Shown here one piece after another: positions 41,092 through 53,830 of a stretch of 64,000 nt of DNA (position 1 is the stretch's first letter; every line of letters begins with the position of its first letter). Origin of the DNA: the human T2T-CHM13v2.0 reference genome, Homo sapiens; assembly GCF_009914755.1 (NCBI RefSeq), contig NC_060931.1. One strand, written 5' to 3'. The position numbers and the translations under genes were made by a program. The notes beneath the pieces are model-generated. The model saw only the letters and a list, made by a program, of their open reading frames with translations, searched no databases and was not told where the DNA came from.

Positions 41092-41420
41092 CATTTCTTT
41101 ATAATGAACATTTTCAAACTTACAGAAAAATGGAAAGTTTGGCACTACAAATACTTCAGCCTCTTTCAATTTTCCACATATATTTTTCCATATGTGGTTT
41201 CCCCTATCTTTCTCTCTCTGTCTCACTCAAAACATTTCTGAATATTTGAAGTTGCAAATACCTAGAAATTTACCCCATATACTTTAGTGTTCATTTCTTA
41301 AGAACAAGGATTTTCCCCAACATGCGTAACAAAAATATCATCAATGAAACGTAGTTAACATTAATATAATTATCTAATATGCAGTTAATATACAATTTTT
41401 CCAAAATGTCTCAAAATATG
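41092..41420 (-). mobile_element. L1MC-type 3' fragment
   Basis: Contains 'tttcaaacttacagaaaa', 'tactttagtgttcatttcttaagaacaagga' and 'ttatctaatatgcagtt'. Confidence 0.75.
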
Positions 41421-42703
41421 CCCTACTGATTTGTGAATACAGATGCATGAGTGTGCATGTCTATGATTGTGTGTAATGTGTATATACTCAACAATGAAGC
41501 ATTTCATGTAGTTTAGTTTTATATTTAATTCAAACACCACTTCAAGATTTATGTGTAGATAAATCATAACAATTAGAATACAATAATTTCACAATAATTT
41601 TAAGTGAGTGCTCAAAAGGCTATTTAAATAAAATACTGAAATTCTTCAAGACCTACAGTAAGAAGTGTTATAGTAACTGTTACTTCTGACTTGATCATTA
41701 TTGCTGTTCAATTTAGTATTAACACTATAGGTTACTAGAAATACCATCATTATTGATATCTAAGAGACAACTAGCAGGTACAATTTTTGATAAAATTGTA
41801 GCTTCAGTGATATCATTGCATTATATTGAAATGCTCCTTTATCCTTATAAAAATACAATTTTCAGAACAAAGTGATTTTCATATAGATATAAGAATGAAC
41901 ATTTGTTAAAGATTCTATTCAATGAGGAAACTAGGTAGATGCTATAACTTTTTAAAAAGAAAATGTAAAGAACAGACACATTTATAGAATATTAAATGTC
42001 CAATAAGGGAGAAATATTTTTTCCACAGGGATTGGGGTTAAGGCTAGACAGGACAGAATTTACATGTTTACATATAAGAATTATTGGAGTTATAAAAAAC
42101 TCCCATAGAATAAGACTCTGCTACATGAAGAAGTCTTCTCTAGCACCTAGACAATGCATAGTCTCTGAAGTACATAATTTTTCCTATATCTTTATTAATA
42201 CCTGCCCCATCCATTTAAAATTTATTATACACTTAATATCAGAAAAATATTCTTGTTATGAAATTTGAATTATCTTGATCTATACAATTAATTAATCCTT
42301 GACAAAATTTAAAATAAATTATGAATATGTCAATGTCACAAATGTTTTCATCAACAGCTTCATTGGGAAATGTTCCAAAAATATGTACTTGAAACAAACT
42401 TGGCTGGAGGCTATCAAGTAAAAACTTTATTATTTAAAATTCTATTATGATGAACCTCTGGCATGTAACATTTATTTATGCTGATGTGTCAGAATTATTA
42501 TATGTGGGTAAAAAGAATAAAGAGAGATCTAAATTAAATGAAGAAGTCAGAGAGCATCTCCTTCTAAGAAGGTATGGTGAGTCTCTCTATGCACAGGTTT
42601 CCAGAGTTCTGGAATCAGATTATGAGTAAAAGAAAAAAAAAATACGATTCACAGAACTACACTCTTGTCAGCAACCATATACTCTAGCCAAATCTTTCAC
42701 CTC

Positions 42704-43077
42704 TGTTGCAGAATGAATATTTGTGTCCACCCTCACAAATACAGATGTTGAAATCCTAACACCAAACTGATGGTATTATGAGGAGGTAATTAGGTCATGA
42801 GGGTAGAAAGCTCGTGAATGGGATGAATGTACTTATAGAAAGAGATAAGAGAAAGCTTGCTTCCCCCACCCCTTTTTGTCTCTCTGTCCTCTCTTTCTCT
42901 CTCTCTCTCTCCTCTCATCAATGTGAGGATACAAGAAGAAGGCTATCACCAGAAACTGGATGTGCTGGCACCTGGGTCTTGGACTTTCCAGCCCCCAGAA
43001 CCATGAGAAATAAATTTCTGTTGTTTAAGCCATCTCATCTATGGTATCCTATTATAGCACTCAAACTGACTAAGGCA
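42704..43077 (+). mobile_element. MLT1A-like MaLR solo LTR
   Basis: Contains 'tgaatatttgtgtcc...gttgaaatcctaac...ggtaattaggtcatgagggt...gctggcacc...ttggactttccagcc...gagaaataaatttctgttgtttaagcca...gactaaggca'. Confidence 0.9.
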
Positions 43078-43369
43078 AGCACTGAATGTCTTATACCCCT
43101 CCCTTATTGCCTCATGTCCCTGAAACTCTCTATGCTTGAAAAATCTTTTGTATTGTTTGAGCACCAACCACTTTCCTTTCCTAACTCAATTAATTAAATA
43201 GAGCTGTCCCAAGGAAATATAAAATTATGGTTTGGGCCATGAATAGGAGCAAAGCAATTAGCAAATTTGGCAGTATAGGCAACAAGGTCTAATTATATTT
43301 ACAAATTTTAAAAAAAATGCTTCATATTGCACATCTAGTGATATTGGCACAATTTCAAATTTTTAATTT

Positions 43370-44100
43370 TTTAACTTGTGATAAAAATACGCATTTTGAT
43401 TGTGGAAATTTCGGACAGTAGGAATATTATATATAAAAAATAAATGTCCTAATTCACAGGTAGAAGGAAGAGTTTGGGGAGACATCATTAACATTTGGTA
43501 TACTTCTTTCAGTCTTTTTTTTCTTTTTTCTTTCACTTTCTTTTTAAAATTTAGTTCATGTTAAAATTATACTAAATATATTGTTTGATACAGATTTTTA
43601 TTTACCATCAGACGAACATTTTTCCATGTGATTGCATAATCTTCAAAAATAAGATTCTTAACAATTGTGTAGTGTTCGACTGCATGAATGCTCACAACTT
43701 TTATCCGTTCCCCTGAAGTTGCATTCCAAATGCTCCTAAAAATTTGCCTTTATAATTAGATGATGGTAATCTCTGTAAAAATATCCTTCAGTTAATCTTT
43801 GTATTTTCTTATGATATGTTTTTGTGGTTTTAATTACTATGTCAAAGATTACAAATGTTTTAACTTTCTCAATATGTTTTGCTCCAAATCCCTTTAAAAT
43901 TATAGTATAATTTTAATTATTATTTCACATGATTATAAAATTGTGTGAAAATTTACCATCCTACCAGAAGTATAAATGTATAAAAGTGTGTACATCTCAT
44001 TACACCTACATCAATCTTGGTAATATCCTTTTTTAAAACTTACATTAATATGAGAGATAAAAAGACAGACTAATAACTTAAGTTGAATATTTTTTTATAG
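43370..44100 (-). mobile_element. Ancient L1ME-like fragments
   Basis: Degenerate antisense L1 3' motifs such as 'cattaacatttggtatacttctttcag' and 'acattttccatg'. Confidence 0.45.
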
Positions 44101-45553
44101 CTGTTAATATTATTGAGCTTCTATTATGATTGTTACTCATGGCAGAATAAAAACTTAGCATATTCATGTAAAAGGTCATTTCTTGCTCATAAGATTAAAT
44201 AAATATATCTTTGTTCATAAAATATTTAGGAAAAACAAGCTCAGACATAGTAAACACATTTTCTTAAATATTTAAGAGTTGATTAATCTGATAGATTCAA
44301 ATTCTTATATTCAGTCTGTGGCTGTTTTTGACATTTTTTTCATAATTCTCTTCTTACCCTGGCAACTTGGCATCTAATCCACTATCTATCTGACACACAG
44401 TACATTTTAAAATAAATATTCATTGAAAAAATAAAAGAGATAAATCAGCTTCTATGATGATGTGTGGTTTCTCATTTCATGTTTCAGATGTGTAAATGTG
44501 GCCAAAGTTTATCGTTGCTTTCTTTGCCCCAGTCCTGTTCATCACCTTCCCTAAGAAAAACTAGCCTTTCTCACCTTAGATTTTACTGGCTAAAATCTTA
44601 TCAAACCTGAGCTTGGAGGATTTCCAAAAAGCAGAACTTTGAACTCTATGTTACCTTTTCATGGCATCTGATAACAAACTCTGTATTTTAAATATCACTG
44701 AACTAGCTCCATATCTAAATCAGACCAATGCAACAAGAAAATTATGTATGAGAATAAAACCAATTAGGTTCTGAATTACAAGGACTCTGATGTTTAGCCA
44801 TGTCAGACATGACCTTAGAAAAGTCAGTTAAGCTTTAAGATGACAATATTTTTCTGACACCAGTTCTGAAAAGGACATTCTGTGTTGATTTCTAATGAGA
44901 AAATAGTAGATACAAAATCAGTTACAACAGAATTTTCTATGGACCCCACATTAACAAATAATCCTTGATTTTCCAGTCCATGACTAAGCATATGAAGCCA
45001 TGCTAAATTTTTAAAGAGTAGAAATATGGGGTTAGAAGTACTGTTTAGGCAGATATGGAGCTTAAAGAGAAATACTCTCTCTGCATAAGACCTTTATTAT
45101 TAACCCTGAAGAAAACAGTCCTGAAGAATGTCAACTAGCTCACTGACCCACAGCAAATCATTTTGGCACCCAACAGTACATTCAATTATTGTCAAACCTT
45201 GATTTCTAACTATTTCATGGGGACAACACTGGATCTTGAAAATTACAGATATAACTCACTATTAAAGTCACTGTCTGAAGAATTTTTATATTCATGAAAA
45301 ATAGTCTGGCAGAAAACGTCATTATAAAATCAGTAAAAAGAAAATGCAAGAAATGTATCTCTCAAAGTCAGTATTTCCAACAAAATACCACCTATAAGAG
45401 AAAAGAAGAGAAAGACTCTTAATTATGGTTAGGGAAGAATGTTGCGTTATTTCCTGAGTAATTACTTGAAAAATCCAGACAAACGCAAAAGTCTCTTCCT
45501 TAACTTCATCTTTTTCCTAGAACCAGCTTACCTCGATTTTATTGTTTTTTTCT

Positions 45554-46561
45554 TGCTTAATTGAATTAAATTGGACATAAAGCCACCTTTAACTTTGAAC
45601 TCCTGCATACCAAACTGCAACTTAACTTAGTACGTAACCAAATTGCAGTCTAACATAAGAGTATATTCTCAGTAACAAATAGCTGAGTATCAGCCAATCA
45701 CATCAAGCAAACTTCAGCCAATCACATCAAGCAAACTTCAGCCAATCACAAGCTGCCTACTGATCAACCATGTCCATGTAAGGCAACGCTGTAACCAATC
45801 AAGCTGTGTATATGGTTATTTCCAGTTTCTACCTATAAATACTGAAACTGTGCCCCAAAGAGTTAAACAAACAAATATATCAACAATGACAACAACAACA
45901 ACAACAAAATGGTGAAAACGGTGACAAATATAAATTCTTGAGTTTATAGGATGGCAGATTAAAAAAAAAAAAAAGAAGCAACTTACAAAAACACTAAAAC
46001 TCCCTCAGCTTATAAAATACAACTGGCTAAAATCACTTGGGACCAATATGGCCAACTGGAGTCTGCACAAAATAAGGATGCTGACATTATGGCTGGAATT
46101 TCCACTGCATGTTTCACGGTAACGCCTCCTGAATTTACACGTATCATCCATGAGGTAGCATGAACAGTAAGTACACATGCCCAAGGACTTTGACTTTCCA
46201 GACTTTTCCTTTCCTTCTACTAATCAACTACTAGTTCCAGAATCCACCCTCTAAACCTTTTCTAATAAAGTTAATGACTTAAAATCAGCACAAGGTGACA
46301 GATTTGAACTGGACTTCTGCCTCTTTGTAGGTCAACTTAGAATACAAAGCTTTTCTTTCCTCAAAAGCTTGGTATTAGAGTATTGGCTTCTCGTGTGTTG
46401 GGCAGCGATCCCCTTTTACACAGTAAGAATACTGACTGCCCATGTTGCTGGGTGGAGCTCTCTGAACTTCTACTGGGACAGGGTGCTGCCTGATTCATGA
46501 ATTCTTATTCATGCATATAAACTCTGCTTATTTTAATTTCTTTAAAGTTTTTCTTTTAACA
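45554..46561 (+). mobile_element. LTR54-like ERV1 solo LTR, interrupted by a second LTR
   Basis: 5' part 'aactgcaacttaacttagt...agagtatattct...cagccaatcac...tataaatac'. The 3' part resumes at 46433 with 'tgcccatgttgctgggtggagctctctgaac...aaagtttttcttttaaca'. Confidence 0.8.
45843..46428 (+). mobile_element. MER72-like ERV1 solo LTR nested in the LTR54-like element
   Basis: Begins 'tgaaactgtgccccaaagagttaaa'. Flanked by 4-bp TSD ATAC at 45839-45842 and 46429-46432. Confidence 0.8.
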
Positions 46562-46709
46562 CTCCTATTGTTTGGAATAAAACTCCATTTTCTTTCCATA
46601 GTATTTCTCTCCACAGGAAATTAAAGTCTACACTTTTCCAACAGATAATAGTAGAAGTCTACTTTGGTGGGCAAGTGATTAAAAAAAATCCATCTTAAAT
46701 TAACAGGTA

Positions 46710-46970
46710 GTTTGAGTGACACGTGGTCAAAACCTGAGTTGAAGGCTTTCCAAACGATAAAAATACTCCACATAGGGCATAGAACATCTACAAGATTCAT
46801 AGAGCTCAAGGAAATGTAATTTAAAACAATCTTGCTAGCTATAGAGCTTAAAGGAGCTTGAAGGAAGGCAGAATATGAAGAAAGAGAGATGTATGGAAGG
46901 AGAAGTAAGGGAAGGTTGAACAAAATGGGCTGGAGAAATAGTTGTGAAGGAGTCAACTGAAACAGCCAGA
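46710..46970 (-). mobile_element. Possible L2 fragment
   Basis: Purine-rich, degenerate L2-like text. Confidence 0.35.
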
Positions 46971-48135
46971 GTACACAAGGAGAAAATAAAATATGAAGGG
47001 TTAGGCAGAATCACATATTGCAAATGCAGGACAGAAAAGTGAAAGAGCAAGTCATTAAGAGAAAAGGAGGAAGGAAACAAAATAACTAAAGTAAAATAAG
47101 TAAAATATACCAAGAGATATAAATGATCACTTAAAAAATGATCTGGCATTTATTCATGTTTTGCCATAGTAGTTATCTGCCAAAGCTGAAATTATAGTAT
47201 TCCTCTGTGATTTGTTTTGATAGATTCAGCCAGGTGCATTATCTGTAGGCATTCTCATCCAGGAGAAAAATTAGCCAATCATGGATCTGGATGTAAATTT
47301 AAGGGACAAGAATAAGTAAAAGCTCTCCAAATGATATTTACGCAGTGGTCCAATCAAAATTGCATAAATTACTGAGTTCGACTGCCAGGAAAAGGGGTTA
47401 AATTTAATACAGCTAGACAGCTGAGCAGCTGCTTTCAGGATTTAAATAAAAACAAGCTGAAACTCCTGCTGTCAGACCAGTGATATATGACTTGTAATGG
47501 GATGTTTCCAACCTTTACTTCCATATGGCTGCCTACACTTTAGGTAATGCTCCCTGCCTCCAGTTCAACCAACTTTTCAGAAAACATCTGGGTCCCATTC
47601 CTGCTCCATTAGCTACAATGTTGCCTCCGACAAACACAAATGATTCATTGGACAACAACTCTTCACTTTGGGATCAAATTAGGGAATTTCATTGATAATT
47701 TTATCATGTCTATAACCAGAGGGAGTATATACGAACATGGCACATGTTCAATTTATGAAATTTCTTCACACAGTGTTCATACTACTAGGGATAATATATT
47801 TAAGATGAAAGGTGGATTCTAAGGGTTCGAATACAAAAATAAGATAAAATAAAATAAAATAAATAAAAGCTATCCTCACAAGGTGGGGTTTTTGTCTCGC
47901 TACTTTCTTACTACTTCAACTAGAAACTTCTCCCCATCTACACATCCCCTCATCCTTCCAAAAAAAAAAAAGAAAGAAGAAATAAAAAATGCCAAATAAC
48001 CCTTTGAAAAGTGAGTTCAGTACAGGGGAAAAACGTGAGAACTTTTTGCCAACTTCACAAAACTTTCACCCATTTCAAGTTCAAATTAAAAATGGATTCC
48101 TTTATAAGAATTATGGGAAAATGCGAAGTATACAC

Positions 48136-48220
48136 ATATATATAACTAATTATTTATATATATATTATATTATATATAAATTATATATTATAATATATAT
48201 AAATAATTAGTTATATATAT
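48136..48220. repeat. AT-rich palindrome (28-bp perfect arms)
   Basis: atatatataactaattatttatatatat pairs with atatatataaataattagttatatatat. Confidence 0.88.
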
Positions 48221-48807
48221 AATTATTAGATCAAAGTATTTGTGTGCTCTGCAAATCAAACCAAGTGGGAGGCTCACATCTCCTAATAAGATATTTGATA
48301 CTGTAGAATTCAAAATGTACTAGATGTTATTCTGTAAAAGGAATTAGAAACATTATCTAATACTTTGTGATTGTGCCTCCGATTGTCATCTTGTAACTCC
48401 CAACAATACTTAATACAAGCCATATTTCTCATTTTAATTCATTGAAACAAAATTAAAATTATAATTTATACAATTTACATTAATTTCTTATTTTAAAACA
48501 ATAAATGTCTACACATAGGCACATACAAAATTTCAAGCCAAATTTTCTTAAATTATTGCTTTCCCCATTAAAGGACTTACAACAAAGGAAAAGAAAAGAG
48601 GAGGAGGAAAATAAGAAGAAACAGTAATACCAGCAGCAGCATATTGGTGGCTGGATACAGAAGTTTTGAAAATTTTGTGACAGAAATGGAGGAAACCAGA
48701 CAAAAGCCCTTTTTCTTAGCAAGAGTATAAAAGTGCTTACATTTTTTCCCCTTACAGTTACAAGTTTATTGGTTGTCTGCAAAATTTAAGGTAAAAAAAA
48801 AATTACC

Positions 48808-49514
48808 CATAAATACAATCGAGGAGTTCATCTCCTGGGAAAATCCTACTTGAATCTAGGCAATTACAAAGGCCTGACAGGTCCCACATGGGACCTATGT
48901 CAGGGACCTGTCCTATGGCAAGTCCTACAGGGGAAGCTCCCCTCCTCACACCAGACTTGGTGCACAGAGAGTGTATCACAGATTCTGAAGATATTTTCAG
49001 TAAAAGACTCAGGCCCTCTGTTGGGTCATGCTCTTTGACATATTTACATTTCTAGTACAGGCAATTTCATTCCTAGGTCTCTTTATCTGAGGCCTTGTGC
49101 AGAAGTCTTTTTCAGGTGGCTCTGCAGAAACCTCCTTATAAGGGAAAGAGAGAGAAATCTCAAAGACACTTTTCCCCACTCTGACTCGGTCCACAGTACT
49201 TCTCACTCCTCGCTCTTCCCCTTTGCTCTCTCCCCACCGCAGAATCCATGAAACTCCTAGAGCCTTTTGTTTGGGACTCCCTCAATATTGAGAAGACTGC
49301 AGTACCTCTGCTCATCCCATTGGCCCTCAAACTGTGTGTCCTTCCATGGGGGAAATGGAACGAGGGAAGTCATCACTTTCTCTGGTGTTAAACTCTTGCT
49401 TATTCCACTGCACCATTAATGCTTAACTCTTTCATTTTTGGCTTGTTGCTTTAATCAGCTATTTTAATTCAGGGTGGCTCAGTTCTCTTTCTCAGCTTAT
49501 TGAGTCCTAGATCA
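48808..49514 (+). mobile_element. Old LTR (MER54-like, ERVL group)
   Basis: ~700-bp GC-richer block with 'ttcatctcctgggaaaa', 'gagccttttgtttgggactccctc' and 'catgggggaaatggaac'. Family assignment tentative. Confidence 0.55.
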
Positions 49515-50689
49515 TGATAGTGAACCAAGTTCAAGTTCATTTTCAATTTAGAGCTTCATCAGAAGAGTTTTCTGGAGTGTAACAAAATATAGACTGCCAC
49601 CACTCCCCTGCTTAATTTCTCCGTAATTCCTAAATATATCAGTGTGATGGTTCTAGTAGGGCAAATGGAAGTTGCAGTAGGACAGGGATGTGGTCCTATT
49701 TCATTGGGAAGCTTGCTCCACTTCCAATGTCTTTTTGTCCTTTTTGTTTGACAATCAAAACTTATGAATACGATAGTTTGATGGACTCTGCTTCTATACT
49801 TATCTCTCACTTCCCCAGCAGTGAGTCAATGTATTCTTCCATGGGCCCCAACATTCTCTCCCTATCTCAAAGCATAGATCAAATTGGCATCCCTCATATC
49901 ATGAGCTTTCTTTGAAATTCCCTTTTGTATTTAACACAATGCAAATTTTGCGTTATATTTTATAATGTCAGTTTAAAATCAAATAATGTGTTACACATCA
50001 CACCATTTGAGAAAGCATGTGACAGTGTTTATTCAATAGCTTTGCATAATGAATGATCATAATCAATTGATATGAATGTTCCATTTTGCAAAGCAAATTC
50101 TAGTGGAGCTAGTCAGACCTGGGTTAAGATTATAGATCTTCTAGGCATTACTAAATTATTTGTAAGGATAATGTTACTTGTCTTGCAGCGTTCTGTGAGG
50201 GTAAAATGATATAATGTGATTTTCAACACCTATTTCTTCCCTTTCTTTTGCACCTGTTTTCATATGTGGCTGGTACAAAGCTGTGCAGCTTTGTGGCTCA
50301 GGTATAACAGGAGTGGTCAAAGTAACACAAATCTGACAATAAAAAATAATAAAGTAGTTACTTATATATTTATCACAGATTGTTAGAAAAATGCCAAAGG
50401 TGGGTTATGCACAGAAAACAAAATGCTCTTAAAATGCTCTTTAAAATTGCTAATTTTCCATATTTCTCCCCAAAGTCATATTTGTCATATAATTGTATCT
50501 GTTTTCAATCTCTCTCACAAAATCATAAGCGATTTTTTATTTCTCATCCTCCCACCTGCTGAAGATTTTCTTCTCGTTTCCTCAACTATTAAAGAGATCT
50601 TTTCAATGCAAGAAATCTTCCCTTGCCTACGCTCTACATTATCCATTTGCTCACTCTGTACAACAGTATCCCAAGACTCTGGCTAGAAA

Positions 50690-50810
50690 TTTCAATCTCC
50701 TTCTTACAAGACATGGGAAGTGGAGGTGCCACAAGTATCCACAATATTTTAGGAAACAGGGCTTGTGAAGCTAAGTGACTTGCACAAGGTCATAGCTTTC
50801 AGAAGTAAAA
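50690..50810 (-). mobile_element. MIR fragment
   Basis: Contains 'aggaaacagggcttgtgaagctaagtgacttgcacaaggtcatagc'. Confidence 0.65.
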
Positions 50811-51241
50811 GATAGCTTTTCCCTTTTCCCCCTTCTTCCTTCTCTCCTTCTCCCCACTGTTCTTGTGCCAACGTTCTTTCTTAGTAAACCAAACTGCCTT
50901 AATCTTATATCAATATATCAGAATACATGCGGCATAAAAATGTGAGCCTTGCACCACTGCTAATTTGATGGACAAGAGGATTGGAGAAGAGCTGGTAGTG
51001 ATCAGTTAATGAATGTCAAAGTACATTATGAAGAAAAGAGTTCTGCCTTTATAAATTGGAATGTCTATGCTAAAATTTAAAGAATGTGTGCTACACAGCC
51101 ATGAATAAAACATCTGCCAATGAGTAGAATACGAATCAAAGGAAGTTTTACCCAACAAAATTGCCTCAATTACAATTCAACACTTCAGTACTCTATAAAA
51201 ATACAGCAATTACACCAATATTTAACTTTAAACATGGAAAC

Positions 51242-51248
51242 CACACAC

Positions 51249-51279
<31 letters not shown>
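51242..51279 (+). repeat. (CA)n microsatellite
   Basis: Seen directly; one CG interruption. Confidence 0.96.
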
Positions 51280-51794
51280 AAAACTAAAGAAAAAACTCCA
51301 TCTGGTTTAAGCTATCACAAAAGTAGATAGTCCTAGCAACAGCAAGTAGGAGGAAAGGAATTTAGGGTAAAAGAGGGAGAAAAAGAATGAAGAAGTTCTA
51401 AGAGAAAACTGAACAAAGCATTTTAAAGAGTAAACAGAGGCTATAAAATATAAAATGATTGCATAGATGGAATTTTATGCCATGCATCCCATTATAAAAT
51501 CATACTATTATTCTAAGAAATAGCCATGTAGGTTTGATTCATATTAACTGTCCGCAAAAAAAGGCAAGAATTCTAAGAGATAAATTGGAGACACCAGGGA
51601 AGGAGAAAGGGAATTAGTAGCCTTAAAAATCTATAAATTTCCACATGAGGACATTACTTTTTTAATTTGGACTACTGTTAAGAAGATTTATGAAAAGCAT
51701 GTTAAAATCTGTAAGGTATCGTGAATCCATCTAAATTACCAGCCACAGGTTGATAGTGTAAACACTTGGCTGGATTGGGTATTAGGAACCACAC

Positions 51795-51820
51795 TCACTT
51801 CCTGGAGTCACAGGAAGTGA
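51795..51820. promoter_or_regulatory. Inverted pair of ETS motifs
   Basis: TCACTTCCTG-gagtca-CAGGAAGTGA. Motif match only. Confidence 0.35.
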
Positions 51821-51930
51821 TTCCTTGAACATATGTGTATCATCCAAGATCCAGGCAGAAAAACACAGCCCTCTCCAGGGAGACTGAGGGAGGGATTCGA
51901 ATACGGAGAAGCAGTTACAAAAATGATGTC

Positions 51931-52083
51931 AGAGAGTAGAGGGTACCAGGGAATGGGGAGAGGTGGACTAGGGAGCTATTGCTTAATGGTTACAGAGAGT
52001 TGTTTTTTTTTTTCCCCCCTTTGGATGATGGAAAAGTTTCGGAAATAGTGGTGATGATTACACAGCATTGTCCATGTACTTAA
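51931..52083 (+). mobile_element. L1MB-type 3'UTR fragment
   Basis: Contains 'gggagctattgcttaatggttacagag...gatgatggaaaagtttcggaaatagtggtgatgattacacagcattgt'. Confidence 0.75.
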
Positions 52084-52221
52084 GCATGAAAAAGTCAGGA
52101 AACGGATTTAGGAGCAAAGCGATTAAAGCCCACATAACACACATTGCTGCAGTATGTAGTTGGGCACATCACAAATGATTCTGGTGAAACGTAAGAATTT
52201 AAGATACTATAGAACATATTA

Positions 52222-52527
<306 letters not shown>

Positions 52528-53047
52528 TTAGAGAAGAACAGGTCGAAATAAATCTTCACCTGAAACTTCACTACTGACTACAACTTCCGAAAATGAGATT
52601 AAATATAGTCCTTCCATCCACTTGCTTTCTGACCACAAGTAAATTTATGTTTGTCAGATAAATAATAACTTGAATCTTCCAAATTGAGGTTCATGATTAC
52701 CTTTCTCAAAGGGGACTTAGCTATTTCCTTGCCATTCCTAAGACCCTTATTCTGTGTAAATGTCTATCTCTCCCAAGGTTAGTGTCACATTTTTCTCTAT
52801 ATCTTCCTCACTTTCCCCCACACAGCAAAAGTCCAAAAATATCTTGACTCCTTTATCTGCTGATGGCTTAGTTCACTTGGATACCGGTCTTGCCTACATG
52901 CAAACTAGTTTCAAGATACGCTAAGAGAACAAGTTTACAAAACAACTCTTAATGACACACCCACGTTTAAAACCCAATCTCTTTTTGGTTTTGTTTTGTT
53001 TTTGTGTTTTTCTTATAGCATAAAATCTTAAAGTTGTTGATCTATAG

Positions 53048-53357
53048 CTGGGGTCAGCAACATTTTTCTGAAAAGGAACAGCTAGTAAATATTTCAGGCT
53101 TAGCAGGCCATATGGTCTTGGTCACAACTACTCAACTATGCCATGATAGTGCAAAAGTAACCATAGACAGTCTGTAAACAAAGAGGAGTTGCTATGTTTC
53201 AATAAAATTTTATGATCACTGAAATTTGAATTTTACATCATTTCATATGTCACTGAATATTATTCTTCTTTTGACTTTTATTCTACAATTTTAACATGTA
53301 AAAAGTGTTCTTGGCTTGTGTGCAGTACAAAAACAAAAGACATGCTACAGACCCTTG
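53048..53357 (+). mobile_element. MER58B-like hAT-Charlie element
   Basis: Contains 'ggggtcagcaa...agtaaatatttcaggct...ggtcacaactactcaact...atagtgcaaaag...ccatagaca...ttcaataaaattttatg'. Confidence 0.85.
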
Positions 53358-53369
53358 ATTTACAACATA

Positions 53370-53830
53370 AATTTATAAAGATCTGGTCTCTCCCTACTTT
53401 TTCCGTTTTAGCTTTTCCTAATCTTCTCCTACCCTATGGTTTTGCTATGCTAAGATACTTGCAGTTCTCTGAGCATATCATACCATTTGCTGAAAACTTC
53501 ATCTGCCTTGAATGACTCCCTCTTCTTTCTATAGATTCTGCAAATCTATAGAAAAAGAGATCCTCCTCTGCTCAAAAAGATCCTCCTCTGAGACTCTCCC
53601 CCGGGTCCTTTGAGTTGTGTTTTATCCAACATTTCTTTTATAATCTCTCTTAATCTATAATATATATATATCTAAACATGACTCTCACTGTATTGAAATT
53701 ATGTACACACACTGTCTTCCCCATTGGCGCTTTCCTTAATGAAGACAAAGACCTTGTTTGTGTTTTTGTCCCTAGAATTTTGCAAAATTTTGAGAGAATG
53801 GCGAATGTGTAGTAAGTGTCCACTGAATGA
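53370..53830 (+). mobile_element. L2 3' fragment
   Basis: Pyrimidine-rich: 'tacttgcagttctctgagcat', 'tctgccttgaatgactccc', 'tgaagacaaagaccttgtt'. Confidence 0.55.
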
